A DNA stretch of 62,978 nt, counting the filler, from Licmophora abbreviata (taxonomy: Eukaryota), in assembly GCA_900291995.1 (NCBI GenBank). It is 18 parts of 18 records of this genome, joined end to end, with 100 filler letters (N's around TTAATTAATTAA, not from the genome) between each part and the next. Parts side by side here need not be neighbours in the genome. Positions count along the whole stretch, not along the records: positions 1 to 5,536 come from OLMU01003183.1; positions 5,637 to 13,487 come from OLMU01003184.1; 16 more parts are not named here. One strand, given 5' to 3'. This document shows positions 1 to 13,043 of this stretch, in pieces. The position numbers and the translations under genes were made by a program. How positions within the stretch are numbered: the first letter of the stretch is position 1; the number at the start of each line of letters is the position of its first letter. A model generated the notes under the pieces. The model did no database searches and was not told where the DNA came from. It saw only the letters and a program-made list of their open reading frames with translations.

Positions 1-1061
1 TAGTTTGAGTAAGAAGGGCATGGGACATGATACGCAGAACCTGACGCGTTGAGCCTGTGTTCATGATGGAGCGCTCCCATTTCTTCGTGACTCGGCAGTC
101 GCGCGATATCGGTGGTGTGGGAATCGTATCGTGGCTGCGTTAGATAGTCAGACTCCGTGAGGGCGATACTCTGATGACTCGTGCGGCTAGCGGCGTCGAG
201 CCTCTGTTGCTCGGCTCTCCATTGGGCAATGTCCTTCTTGTAGATTGCTCGCTCCCGCTCTTCTTGTTCGACGTAAGGGGCTCGATCCTCAGGGTTTGCG
301 TTTCGCCACATCTCGCCGAGCAAACGCGAGACATCCGTGTTGGACAATTCTGGATTGTCTCTCTTGACAAGGCTGCGACGGGTCTGAGAAAACTTGAGGA
401 ACGCGCTCATGGGACGCTTAGGCGCGAGTGGATGCTTTTTCGCCCTGCGCTTCGGAATATCCCATGGGCCCTTGTAGGCGGCCTTCTCGCGAACGAATCT
501 TTAAAAGTCCAAGGGCGTATGAGTTTTCTTCTTACGAGACACTTTGGTACGTGCTGACTTGGGACGTACCTGAGCTTGTCGTTGCGTGCTTCCTCATCCC
601 AGAAGGCTCTTTCCTGGGAACTAAGCGCCTTCCATGCTTCCGCGACGAGCTGGATCATTTCTGACTTCTTGGCCTGCGATGCCGAAAGAAGAATGCACGA
701 TAGGATCGGTTGGGATATTTTCATCTGAACCGAGTAGGGACAAACAACCATGACATACCTTTCGCGCCCCATGAAGCTCAGTGATCGCCTTCTTCTTTTC
801 ATCCGAGAAGCACATGAAAGCCGACCGGGGTGGCTTTGGTGGTGTAAGCTTGGCCTCATCCGCCAGCTGAGCGATGGCGACTTTTGTGGCCGCAGCAGCA
901 GCAACAGGAGCAATGGGCTCCGATAGATTCTCTTGAGCGCGAAGTGCCTAGAGTATTGGGATATGATTGTGAGTACCCTACTCATTTGCACTAGATGGCA
1001 ATGAAGAACGAGTCTCTACTTGTTTGATTCGAGTGCCACGTACCTTACGAGGGGACGCCAT
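1..1061 (-). CDS. Double HMG-box protein; 3 introns; 3' end runs off the window
   Basis: Spliced reading: MASPRK|ALRAQ..PPKPPRSAFMCFSDEKKKAI..|AKKSEMIQLVAEAWKALSSQERAFWDEEARNDKLR|FVREKAAYKGPW..PKRPMSAFLKFSQTRRSLVKRDNPELSNTDVSRLLGEMWRN. Two HMG boxes, GT-AG introns, frame open to position 1. Confidence 0.85.
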
Positions 1062-1580
1062 GCTTTACAGCTCCTACCGCATGTCTGTTTTATGGCTTGT
1101 CTAGGAAGCGCCCCCCGAGAAAGTTTTGATTTGCACGCCAAGGGTCTTGAAAAGAATGGTGCGTTAGCACCAACAGAGGGGCACAACGCCTGTCTTTGGA
1201 AGTGGTGGGATTGAAAGTTTGAATACTTTGTGAGACAAGTCATGTGCTAAGTGTCAGATCCCGTCACGACCGATATCACAATGCAAAACTTTGGACAGCT
1301 TGAATTCGAAACGAATGTTACGGGACTATGATATGCACCTCGGAGTACATGGTATCCAACACTCTCCTCTATATATTCAATATGGCCATGAGAACGCGAC
1401 GTGTACAATGTGCAAATTGACACTAGCATTGGTGGGAATTGGGATTTGAATCGTTTAGTCATGAGTAGGTTGTTTTAGTCTCGGATTCTTTTTCGTAGCA
1501 CAAACAATGATTACAAAGGGAATCTTCCAATATTGGCGCGGTGCATTGCTGACAGCGCGATCCGCACGACGCAATGAAGG

Positions 1581-3029
1581 ATGCATCGCCACAATACAAT
1601 GACGCTGATAACCTCTGATCCGTTACAAAGCCAGGAAACGATGGAGAAGCTCTCTTCTGTGTACGTGGAAGGGAAAGAAAACACCCCAGGAAACGTGGAG
1701 CGCTTGCCGCTTTCGAAAACTTCGACTAGAAATGTTCATGTCGAAGTAGTGATTTATCCGCTTGCATACTCTGCGCCCGACGAAATTCGAGCTCAGTGGC
1801 AAACGTTCCTGCAGAGCGACAGCTTCACCCTGCCTTCAACGACAGAGATTGATGTGGACGTTTCCACTCTGCCAGAGCATCTGCGACAGAACTGTTGGAG
1901 TGCCAGGATTGTGTTGGACGCCGAATCGCGCCCTACGTCATCGACGAACGAGGTAGACTCCGAACGGACACGGGTCGTATACCACGTTCATCCTTACGCC
2001 CTCAGCAACGAGGAGTCGGCTATCGAAGAACTTGAACCTACAGATGGAGGTGACGACTGGACAGCAGCTTGCGAGAATCTTCCGCTTCCTCATGCGAGTC
2101 TCGACACCAGCTGGGAGAACCTCGTTCTCTCCCCGGGCATCAAGCCCACCTTGCTTGGCTACGCCCAATCTGCCCTCTTGTTTTCCGACAAGGGAGTTTC
2201 GTCGCATCTTGTCAGCTGGAATCGACTCTTGCTGTTGCACGGGCCACCCGGGGGTGGTAAAACATCTTTGTGTCGAGCGCTGGCCCACAAGCTAGCGATT
2301 CGCATGTCGGATCGCTTTCCCTCAGGCGCCAACTTGCTGGAGATTCAGTCGCACTCTCTCTTTTCCAAATGGTTCTCAACAAGCGGCAAGCTAGTCAGTC
2401 GGCTCTTTGAAATGGTGCGACATATGGTGGAAGACGATCCCAAGGCATTGGTCTGTGTCTTGGTAGACGAAGTGGAGAGTCTGGCGGGGTCGCGCAGTTC
2501 TTTGGGAGGCGCGGGTGAGCCGTCGGATGCGATGCGTGCCGTCAATGCGCTGCTCACCTCGTTGGATCGACTTCGATCCTTTCCCAATGTATTAGTTCTG
2601 GCTACTACGAACCTGACGGCGTCCGTCGATTTGGCCTTTGTGGACCGAGCTGATGTGAAGCAGTACATTGGACTGCCGATCCTCGAGGCCCGTTATGAAA
2701 TATTCAGAAGTTGCGTCCGTGAGCTCCTCCGTGTGGGCATCATCCGAGCTGAACTAAGCGAGAATGCCACCCTTTGCCCCTTTCATGACGTACGCAATGG
2801 TGGGTCTGAATCAAGTCGCACGCTACTACATTGCGCAGAACATGCACACGGATTGAGCGGGCGAAGTTTACGTAGGCTGCCGCTGCAGAGCCATGCACAG
2901 TTTGTTCGAATTCCAGAGACGACTATGAGTGAGTTCCTGGATGCTCTGAAACGAGGTATTGCGACCGAGCAAGCATCGCGGCTCGACTTTCAGAAAGCGA
3001 CAGTGGAAAGCTCTACAGTTTCTAGTTAG
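1581..3029 (+). CDS. PCH2: Pachytene checkpoint protein 2 / TRIP13 AAA+ ATPase
   Basis: WNRLLLLHGPPGGGKTSLC (Walker A), SHSLFSKWFSTSGKLV, VLVDEVESL (Walker B), EPSDAMRAVNALLT, DLAFVDRAD. Confidence 0.92.
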   Translation: MHRHNTMTLITSDPLQSQETMEKLSSVYVEGKENTPGNVERLPLSKTSTRNVHVEVVIYPLAYSAPDEIRAQWQTFLQSDSFTLPSTTEIDVDVSTLPEHLRQNCWSARIVLDAESRPTSSTNEVDSERTRVVYHVHPYALSNEESAIEELEPTDGGDDWTAACENLPLPHASLDTSWENLVLSPGIKPTLLGYAQSALLFSDKGVSSHLVSWNRLLLLHGPPGGGKTSLCRALAHKLAIRMSDRFPSGANLLEIQSHSLFSKWFSTSGKLVSRLFEMVRHMVEDDPKALVCVLVDEVESLAGSRSSLGGAGEPSDAMRAVNALLTSLDRLRSFPNVLVLATTNLTASVDLAFVDRADVKQYIGLPILEARYEIFRSCVRELLRVGIIRAELSENATLCPFHDVRNGGSESSRTLLHCAEHAHGLSGRSLRRLPLQSHAQFVRIPETTMSEFLDALKRGIATEQASRLDFQKATVESSTVSS

Positions 3030-3132
3030 GCTAAGCGTAATTTCAATTAGTAGATAGCAGTCAAGCCGGGGACGAGTAGCATTGGATATTTTGACTACAA
3101 GTCGTACTACTAGTATCATATCCTCCCGACAT

Positions 3133-4092
3133 TCAAGCGCGCCGCGTTCGCTTTCTATCTGGCTCGACTACCCCTTGACGCGTCGTCGGCTCCTTCACCA
3201 TTTCAAACGAGAAGCCAGACTTTTCTGGTGGCTTTGCAAAATCTTCCCAATCCTTGACGCGCCATCCTCCACTGGAGAAAGCAAACGAACCATATCCCGC
3301 CTTCCAGCCGCTTCGCCCATACGCCGCGGCGAGTCCAGCGTATTCTCCAGTTGAAGATCCCTTACCGGCTCGGAGTCCGACATTCTTTGGACCAGCGGCT
3401 GGGGGGAATCGTCGCTGTTGGTCTCCCTTAGGGGTCGCCAGTTTGACTTCGACCATTTTCCCATGTACATTGACTGGCTGTGCTGCAACCGCAAGATGCG
3501 CTCCATTCGTCCCATCCTCAAACGTCACAAATCCAAATCCTCTGGACCGCTGTTGAACCTGATCCATCATGACGATTGCATCGGCGATGGCACCAAATTG
3601 TTCAAAAATACGTCGCAGCTCATCGCGATCCACATGCTGCGGCAAGCCACCGATAAATACTTTGTTCTGCAGCTGCTCAGGAGTCATACCACCTCGACCG
3701 CTATCAGCTTGTGAGGGCGTCGTGTCTGCCTTTTCCTCATCGTCTCCTTTCCCCGACTGATGTATACTAGGCGGAGCAATCCCTCGAGCCTGCGCACGCT
3801 TCACATCCACCGTTCTGTGGTTGACATCGTGTCGATCTTCTTGCATGACGAGATCGACTGTTTCGGGATCTCGAAATACAACAAAAGCAAAGCCTCGTGG
3901 ATCCCCTGTGACGCGATCCCGCATGACTTCGACACTAAGAACGGGTCCGTACTGCTCAAAGTGATAACGCAAGGATTCCTCCGACGTCTGCCACGATAAG
4001 CCGCCTACGAAAATCTTGTTGGCCTCTGTCGTTTGCGGCGCTGATGGTGCCTTATTGGCGGCACTCCCGTAGTGCGATATATCCGTAGACAT
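3133..4092 (-). CDS. Two-RRM RNA-binding protein (hnRNP A/Musashi/DAZAP1-like)
   Basis: RNP2/RNP1 pairs KIFVGGL..RGFAFVVF and KVFIGGL..RGFGFVTF. Confidence 0.88.
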   Translation of the reverse strand: MSTDISHYGSAANKAPSAPQTTEANKIFVGGLSWQTSEESLRYHFEQYGPVLSVEVMRDRVTGDPRGFAFVVFRDPETVDLVMQEDRHDVNHRTVDVKRAQARGIAPPSIHQSGKGDDEEKADTTPSQADSGRGGMTPEQLQNKVFIGGLPQHVDRDELRRIFEQFGAIADAIVMMDQVQQRSRGFGFVTFEDGTNGAHLAVAAQPVNVHGKMVEVKLATPKGDQQRRFPPAAGPKNVGLRAGKGSSTGEYAGLAAAYGRSGWKAGYGSFAFSSGGWRVKDWEDFAKPPEKSGFSFEMVKEPTTRQGVVEPDRKRTRRA

Positions 4093-4499
4093 GCTGGTCA
4101 GGAATAAGATGCCAAGGACGAATTACAAAGGTACACTGGAGACGACGAGCCGTAAGACACGGCGATACACTGCGCAACGACGCTGATGCCGCCGTGTGCG
4201 TCCCGGTGGCCGCCGTCGTGTGTCGTGTGTGTGGGTTGATCATCGTCTGGCCTGCCCCAGCAAAACTAAAAACTCAGAACTCTTTAGATTTGACTGAGAT
4301 CATTTCGGCATGCATCTGAAAATGTATCAGTTTGATTACCAGGCCTCTCAAACATTAAAAATCCTTAAATAATTGCATAAATACTATACGCAACGCAAGC
4401 TATCCCGTTGTCCTGCAGCCATCCAAATTCTGGACGGAGCGAAAAGACAGAGACGAAACGCGAGTGTTACGAGGACACAAGCGCCCATCATAATTCAGC

Positions 4500-7400
4500 A
4501 TGAACGGGGGAACCATGGACAACAGCGATAGCGATAGCGACAGCGATGTGGCGTTTGCCGCAATTGACTTTTGTGGTGTAAAATTTGATGCGTCGGAAGA
4601 AACAGAGCCTGAGAATCCTGTGCTCGCCGCAGCCGAAGAAGGGGCTCTGTTTGGTGATTTTGTGGGGTTGCCTGCTGCATCCGGCGGCGATGAGGACGAT
4701 TGCCGTCGCATCCGTGAATTGTATCAGTTTCTTGCCATTGGAGAGTACAAACACGCGTTGATGGGCGAGAGCGCAATTATGCTTTGTTCGAATGTTGAAA
4801 ATTCGGGAAATCGTGTCGCAGAACAGATACGACACGCGGTTTCGAAGTATGCGACAACACAGTTGTTGGCGACCGAGCTCGAGTTGTTGGCTGTTGCAGC
4901 ATTAAACTTGTTTCTGCAACTCAACTATACTGGGCCTTCTCTCGACCGTGAATCTGCACCAGGCGAAAGCGCACATTCGGACCCTCTTTCCGGTATCGAC
5001 CCACACCCGTGCTTTGTTGACACATTGAACGCCGGCAACGACGCCAAGCATGGGGATGAAAAGAAGGAATGTCTGCTGACGGCTCCGAAACAGGATATCA
5101 AATATCACAACTCGGTTCTCGCAGAACTAGCCGTGGACGGAGAATGGCCTTGCCAAGTCTGTCAGACTCCCTATTTATTACTTTTTGCGCGATCCATTCT
5201 CGCAGCGCTAGCCAGTCCCAATCGAAGCGACTGGACTCACGCTGCAAACCCAAAGGCAGCATCGAACAAAGATAGTTCGGCTGATGGTGAACTCGTGACG
5301 CCGCTGTTTCAGTCTCTCAGGGGTGTCCAGCTGTGGAGCGCTAGAGCTACTGTTACGCACGAGCGTTTGCTGCAGTCACGGGAACCGTCCGTAACATTGT
5401 GGGTCGAAGCCAAGGCACTGTTTCAGGCATCCCTCAAGACTTACTGTTTGCAAGTCGATACAAATGAAATGGAGGATGAGAACAATAATGCAAAAGAACG
5501 GCTGCATGCCTCAACAGTTGTTCTGGAATGGGGACTNNNNNNNNNNNNNNNNNNNNNNNNNNNNNNNNNNNNNNNNNNNNTTAATTAATTAANNNNNNNN
5601 NNNNNNNNNNNNNNNNNNNNNNNNNNNNNNNNNNNNGACTCGCACAACATCATTTTAATCGCCCTGGAATGGGCAAGATATCGTTTCAAAAGGCCAAGGA
5701 ATACTCAGGCGTTCGAGTCGAAATGACGGGCGCTATGGGAAAGAGAACCAAGTTCCAGCAGGACGATACAGCTCAAATGGTGGTACGTGCTACGTCACGA
5801 TATGTGCTTGACGCAGACAGAGCTTCCGACGATATGAGTGCCGAGAAACAAGATAAACGTAACGCACAACTGGTGGAGCATTCCGAAGACGGAATTCTTC
5901 TGGAACGGATCAAGTTCGAAGATAACAAAGAAAATGAAATCACGCAGCTGAGTACGCTGGATCAAGCGATACTGTTATCGCTTTGTCTTGACGTGAAGAA
6001 TAGTAATCCTCTCGATGGTCTAACTGGCGAGGAAATGGGTGCGTACCTTGCTCGTGTGTTGGAGCATCACAATGACTGGATGGTGTACTCGACAGCTCTG
6101 CTGGAGCGGGCATGGCTAGAATGTGAACAGTCGCATGGACGGGAACGTGCTATACTACAGATTCAAGCGCTAACGGATCAACACACAAACCGAATTACGA
6201 TTACTCAGTCGACCTTTTCCAGTGTCGAGGATTCCGCTCCGCCGCAAGAGCGATTACGCTACTTGCACTCAATCGTGTATCCCCCGCGATGGGCCATGCT
6301 ACGAGACTTGGCCGAGCGCTATGCCACGATTGGAATTGTTACAACTGCCGCTGAGCTGTTTCAAGAGATTGAATTGTGGGACGATGTCGTAGAATGTTAT
6401 CGTCACGCGGGGAAGGCTAGCAAAGCCGAACAAGTCGTAAAGGAACGGCTGGAAGAATCAGAAACGCCACGCATGTGGGCGGCACTGGGCGACTTGAAAA
6501 ATGATCCGTCTTGCTACGAAAAAGCACTTGAGCTGTCAAATGGCCGGTATTCCAGTGCAAACGTTGCATTAGGCAAGTATCACTTCGAAAAGGGTGAGCT
6601 TTTGAAAGCCTCTGGGTTTTACCAAAGGGCACTGGAGCTTCGACCCTTGATGCCGCATGTTTGGTTCCGTATGGGCACCATCGCAATGCAGGTCGGTGAT
6701 TGGGCAATGGCACTGAATGCATTTTCGGAAGTTGTGCAGCAGGAGCCGGAAGAAGCCGACGCCTGGGCGAATGTGGCTGCCGTTCATATGCACAATAGGA
6801 GACCTGCCGAAGCGTACCCGGCGCTTCTTGAGGTGAGTGAGAACAAACTACTATTAGGCTCTTATGCGGGACGGCGTTGTCTCATACGACATTCGTTCCA
6901 CTTGTTGTTCATCTTTGCAAACGTTCAAGTCCCTAAAATTCCGTCGGAACAATTGGCGCGTCTGGATAAGCAAGTTGTACACGTGCATAGATTTGGAAAG
7001 GTATGACGAAGCGATCCAGGCATGCAATGTCGTCATGGACCTGAAGACTTCCAAGAACGCTTCCGAAGCCGTTCCAGATATCGAAGAAAAGTGCATTCGC
7101 GCCATCGTCCATGGTTCGATTCGAGCCTACCAGAAAGCGAACGGAGACGAAGTAGCGTTGGATTCGGCGAGACGAACATTGTCGCGAGCACACGACCTGT
7201 TGGAACGCCTCTCTTCTACCAGCAAACCAGAGCCGTGGATTTGGGAAACGCTTGCTTTCTTCAATGAGCAGGTGGGGCGAGACGAACAAGTATTTGAGAA
7301 TCTCATGAAAGAGTATCGCTCTCTGCAAGCTATTCGAGGCTGGGAGAAAGACTCTTGGCAGGTAAAGAAGGTCACTCAGGTAGTATCGCACATTTCTCAG

Positions 7401-7574
7401 TTTCACAAGGAAGACGGAAGCAAAGAAAGTCTATCCAAGTGCAAGTTTCTATTGAGCGGTGTCATAAAAAAGATTCGTGCCGCTTACTTGGACGAATCAA
7501 CTCTACCGGAGGAGGTCACGCGCTTGGAACAGCTACTCTGTGATATTGAAGGTATGATACAAGCAAGTTCCTAG
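4500..7574 (+). CDS. TTC27: TPR protein TTC27/EMW1-like; crosses linker 5537-5636; intron 6833-6929
   Basis: LNLFLQLNYTGP, TGAMGKRTKFQQ, DWMVYSTALLER and C-terminal TPRs (DAWANVAAVHM, NNWRVW). Confidence 0.8.
5537..5636. other. Artificial 100-nt assembly linker N-TTAATTAATTAA-N; 17 copies, starting at about 5537, 13488, 19059, 22455, 25907, 27245, 30445, 33818, 36493, 42756, 43863, 47439, 48842, 50258, 55287, 58421, 61128
   Basis: Same six-frame-stop spacer embedded in N runs each time; several interrupt genes. Confidence 0.97.
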
Positions 7575-7837
7575 TATAAACAATAAAATCGGGATCCCCA
7601 AGCCGTACTGCGATCGTAGTTTCTTTGGCTGCTTGTTGCGCGGGAAAGAGGGTTTGAATCAATTTATTGGCTCAGTGCCTCTCCATGAGCTGTGATGCCA
7701 CGTCATCGTTAGCCACGCGGTGTGGCGCGCAAAATTCACATCACCTTTTCTTTTCGAACACACCATCACAAAACCTCACACTTCGAACATCTTCGACGAC
7801 GCTGCGGCGGGTGTGGGTCTCAATCCTGAGACGACCA

Positions 7838-9083
7838 TGCCAGAACGAACAGCCCTCTCGCTTCCCTGTGTATCGACAGGCGAAAAAGAATCCTCATCCT
7901 CTTCGTCAGTGTTACCGCGTCTTATCTCTGGATCTATAGGATCTCTCGTTACGGCGCTGGCTGTCACCCCTCTGGAGGTAACCAAGGTTCGCCAGCAGGC
8001 TGGCCTTGTCGGCGCAGCGCCTTCTTCTCTGCCGCCCCGCGTGACTGCTTGCCCTCGCGGTTGTGGTACATTTGTACTCAACAATGGATTGATGGATTGT
8101 GTTTTGCCCAAGAGTGCCGTCAAGTACTTTGATAAGCGGGGACAGCTTACTGAAGACGCCTTGCGCATATCTCAGGAGGTACGACCCAACAACCGCCCCC
8201 CGGGTACTTTCGGCGCTATGCGACGAATTTTCTTGAATGAGGGTATAGGTGGAATTTATGCGGGACTGAGACCGACACTTTACATGTCGGTTCCGAATAC
8301 GGTCATGTATTACGCAGCTTACGACGAAATTGTAGCCAGGCTGCGACAGCGACAGCTACTACTACATCAACAGGGGGTCGCTCCTACTTTATCGATATCG
8401 AATTGGTGGATCCCGCTAGTCAGTGGTGCCTCAGCTCGTTTGATGGCATCGGTAGTGACGGCGCCCTTGGAACTCATTCGGACACGACAGGCGGCTTTGG
8501 TTGGAGCCAGCGAGACGGCGCCTGGCATGATGGAGGAGTTTCGAATCATCGTACGGACTGAAGGTTTTGGCGCTCTATATCAAGGACTGGCACCAACCTT
8601 GTGGCGGGACGTTCCTTTTTCGGCGATCTACTGGTTAAGCCTTGAGCAGTTCAAATTGGGGTGGAAACGGTACGACGACGACGACAATGATGTACCAGCG
8701 CCCTCTTCGCCGTTTCAAACTGCATGGCGGTCGTTCGTAAACGGTGCCACAGCAGGCATGATTGCCGCGGCTGCGACGACTCCATTCGATGTAGTCAAAA
8801 CGAAGAGACAGACCGCGAGCACTAGAGTGCCGCTGCCGCTGCTGCTGAACAGATTGCCTGTGATCACCTTGGTGCCGTAGCATATAAGCCCACGAATGTG
8901 AAAACACCCAGTCCTGCTCGTCGACATGCCGGTACATTCGCCATGATGCGAGACATTATAGAATCGGAGGGTGTGTCGGGACTGTGGAGAGGAAATCAGA
9001 CGCGCATGATCAAGGTGGCTCCAGCATGTGCAATTATGATTACATGTTATGAAGTTGGAAAGCAAGTAATGGAAACTCAATAG
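7838..9083 (+). CDS. Mitochondrial carrier SLC25A39/40 (Mtm1)-like; apparent frameshift near 8825
   Basis: Three carrier signatures PLEVTKVRQQ, PLELIRTRQ, PFDVVKTKRQ; NNGLMDC loop; C-terminal RMIKVAPACAIMITCYE lies in a second frame. Confidence 0.85.
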
Positions 9084-9114
9084 AGAAATAGATGCGTTGA
9101 AACCGTAGATCGCT

Positions 9115-12100
9115 CTAAAGTCCGGCCCAGTCTGAATCTATTGGGCCGCCGAGAAGTTTTCGGCTTTCAGTATTGACTGCGTCGAACAAGAGCGAGTACG
9201 CTCGAGTGCCCCATTCATCACTGCGGTGTCTGATATGGCGAAGAAGCTTTATGGCATCCGGAAAGCGCAGCTCGGACGTGCAAATGAGCAGAAATTCCTT
9301 TGCCTGTACGACTGCATCGTCGGGCGCTTCAGTTTGCTCATTCATGAACTCTCGCAAAGGCACGAGGTTGTCTCGGTAGAATGAGGATCCAAATTCTTCG
9401 TCTTGGACAGAATCTAAGTCTATAGGTACATCGTTCCGTCCTTCGTAGCTGCCTTTGTTATTCTTCTTCGGCGGAGAAGTAGTCCCATCCAGCGAAGCAG
9501 CTCCATGACGACCAACGGGAAGGCTTCGTGACTGAAGCGACTCGCTTCGACTTGGATCCCTATGAGGCGATTGCTCAGTAGGCCTCATGGGAGCATGAAC
9601 AACCGGCATCGCGTCGTTGTTGGCTACTTGAAGTTGCATTGCCAGTGGGAGAGTCTCAAGCTGCGTCAGGGAAACAGATTCTCCAAGTGTATCAGCAAGA
9701 TCGTCGTTTCCAGACTTGACTGCCATTAATTTGAGCATCCGATGAATATTCTGCTGCTTTTTCCGAGCGAGGTGAAGTACGGGAGTTCTGGAGACGTCGA
9801 TACTGGAACAATTAGGTGCGAAACGTTCGGATAAGAGAGGCTCAATATCGCATTGATCGTTGCCTGAATCATGGTTTATCTTGGACAAGATTCGCTTTCG
9901 CATCGGGCTTGGAAGCTTTTCGACTTGACTCATAGCAATCTGACTCCGCGATGGGATCTCAATGTCGTCGTCGTCGGCGGCGTTCACCCATTCGTTGCCA
10001 TTCTCTTCGACTGGGAGCTTACGGTCATCCTGGCTACAAGGGTCAACAATTGAGTTGAGGCACGACTTGCAGTCTTCAGCGATGGACGTAGCTTGTGACC
10101 TATTACCGAACGCTCCCCTAATCTCATTCCTGATATCCTCCGGAAGACTGTCGAACACAACTCCATCCACCTGACTCATCGACGATGGTAGAGACGAGCG
10201 AGCTGCGGTCTCTTCTTCTTGAGCGACAGAGTCAAAATCGTGATGAGCTGTCAACTCGTTTTGATGAGAAGACAGTACGATGACTGATGGGGCAGCGGAA
10301 TCTGGCTTAGTCTCGTGGTACCACGCAGTGATGGGCTTGGACGTGGAGGTCTCACGTTGTGCTCGATTTTCGCCAACAAGGTCCTTCATGGTTATTCCCA
10401 TTCCTCGAATGTCATCTACCTGCACCTGAAGGGTATCTAAAAGCGAAGTGGCGATTTTCGCAATAACGCTGCACTCTCTAGTCGGATTCGACAATGTACG
10501 GGAGCTGCTCGATAGGTTGAAACAGGATCCGTGACCGAGGAACTTGGGCGGAGGACGAGCATTAGGTTTTCGTTTCTTCACCTTGAGAATAATTTGACTC
10601 CCACGCATCTGTAGTCCTTCCATTCTTTTCACAACTTCCTTCGCAAGACCTTCAACCATGTCGTGCGGTCCGTATGGTCCGTTGAATCGGACACCGTAGT
10701 TGCACTAATGCGGAGAAAGCAATGTAAGGTACGACGTCTGTGCATTTCTTCACAAGAACGGCAGCACGACATTTAACAACCATACCTCTGCTCCAATCGT
10801 CTTGCGCTCGACTGCCTTAACAGGACGCACATCCCTCCCACTGCAGAATTGACACAGCTTCTTCCCTAACGAAGGGCCCAAAATGCGAACGAGCTCACTT
10901 TCCGCTTGATCGCCGAGTTCCCACACATCGCGGACGCTCGTAAGCCCACCTTGATCCGCCAGTTCTCGTTCCTTGCGATATCCAACGCCTGGAAGATCTC
11001 TAAGTTTAAGATGTCCCAGCAGCTTGATACTATCTGTAGCGACGCAGCACCCGTTTGGTTTGACAGAATCAGTCGCAACACGCGCCATCAGCTTGTTTGG
11101 TCCCACTCCCACTGTCGCAGTGCACTGCGTCGTGGATACAATCTCCTCCCGCATACCGTGAGCAATATCACGCGCGCAATCGGCGGCAGATCTATGCTCA
11201 TCATCGGCCAGGAAGAGCTCAACGTAGGCTTCATCGCATGATACCTGCTCCACAGCCCCTTCATAAGTGGCGGAAACGCGGAAAAGAATATCAGCTAGTT
11301 GCTCAGACACTTCCTCGTAGCCTTCAAAGTCGTATTGCAGTACTACAAGATCTGGGCAGAGCTCCTTGGCCTTACCAAGAAACATGCCTTTCTTGACGCC
11401 TTTCTTTCTCGCTTCATAATTGCAAGTGGCGCACTCGGAAGTCGACCCCTTCCACTGAAAATCAAACGAACCGTCCGTAGATACCGTCCCCTTCCGTCCG
11501 TGATGCGAGATGGCGACAGGATGATCCCTATATTGCGGAAAATTGCGCAGTACAACAGACGCAAAGAAACAATCCATGTCAACATGAAAGACAAAGCGCT
11601 GTGATGATGGCGATCGCCGCGATGATCGCATAGTCGGAGACTGCCGTGCTCGCTGCTTGAACGAGCCTATGAAACTCAATCTGGAATTGCTGAAAAAGTT
11701 TTCAAGAAAATGAGGATCATTGCCGACCGTTCTCGGTTCGCCATTTCGGTGGGTTCGCCCGTCGAAAGATTCAACAAGAGCTGCTTCGCGTGCTGGTGCC
11801 ATGCCTGCATGATTCGTCTGCGACGGCGCTTCCTTTAACGCGAACCGAGGCTCATTCACAACTTCTTTGTTTGGTCTCGGCCTCGTAGCATTGCTCGCGT
11901 CAACAGGCGAGTCTACCAGGGTAGATGAATTCTCTATAAATGGGCCAAGGGTCGATTCACTTTCCTTCTCAGCATCGTTCTCCGCGGCCAGATGATCGTC
12001 GTCCCTTCGAACTTCCTTTGCATCTTCAACTGAGCTTGTACTGGTCGCCTGATGCGCGTCGGTGTCACCCCTCTCGGCAGCAAAGAAGCTTTTGATTACG

Positions 12101-12915
12101 CTGTTGTTCGTTTCTGGCTTGACCTGGTTGATCAAATAGTCCCGAAAAGGTAGTAACTTCCCTGCACGAACACTTTCAGTTATCCAAGTCGGCTTGCAGA
12201 TAGGCGTCGGTCTGCGTTGCTTTTTGTATATATTGGCTTTCGCAGTCGACAGCGATTCCGCTAGTATGTGTGTCACACGCGTCGTTTCATAAGCTTCTCG
12301 ATCGCCCCCATGCCGCTGCAATAGCCTCGTCAGAGTGTCGACGTCGGGATCGGTGTAGCCGTTGATCATACACACGACGCCGTAAAAGAACAAATCAGGA
12401 CGCTGGCGCCGACGCTTCCTCCTCGGCGCCGAGGGAGATTGAGAGAAGGTCGATTTCTCTCCTTCAATCTGCGGTCTTGCAGGGTCTGAAATTTCAATTG
12501 TCTCCTGTGTCTCATGTTCATGAGGCTTGTTCTTGTCCAACATATTTTCACGCCGCTTACTCTTAGCTCGCGATCGTTTCCGCCGGTTCTGCTTCTTCTC
12601 GAGCCGCTTAATGATCGAACTAGCGTAGTGCTTGACGTATTTTCGAGAAATTTGTCTCTTTGGAACAGGAAGATCATCTGGAAACCGCACGCGCTTCTTC
12701 TTGGACCGTGATTCTTCCTCGGCAGAGTCACCCGCATTCTCCATCTCCATTTGCGGCGCAGGCGGCAGCATGAGTCCGAATTGCTGCCGCTGCTTGTCGA
12801 TTTTTCCGGCCATGTAGTTTCGAAAGTCATCGTCTTTCATCCCACGAGTTCCCTTGCGGTTGACCTCCTCCAGATCCACAGCCTCGGGCTGCATTCCCTT
12901 TGAGGGTTTCACCAT
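9115..12915 (-). CDS. REV1: REV1 translesion deoxycytidyl transferase (BRCT, Y-family polymerase, UBM-like motifs, CTD); intron 10705-10785
   Basis: BRCT (INGYTDP..VTHILA..PTWITES), N-digit SRL, HVDMDCFFASV, CNYEARKKGV, SCDEAY, RKTIGAE|CNYGVRF, UBM-like DGVVFDSLPEDIRNEI. Confidence 0.92.
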
Positions 12916-13043
12916 GGTCGATGGCGTCAAATTCTGAATCGCGATTTAATACGCATAATAGAGAGAAGGCAAGGTGACGTCTCATTCTTTGATAATGATT
13001 AGGGATGAAACGTCATATCAGACCCTTAACTCTTCACTAAAGT

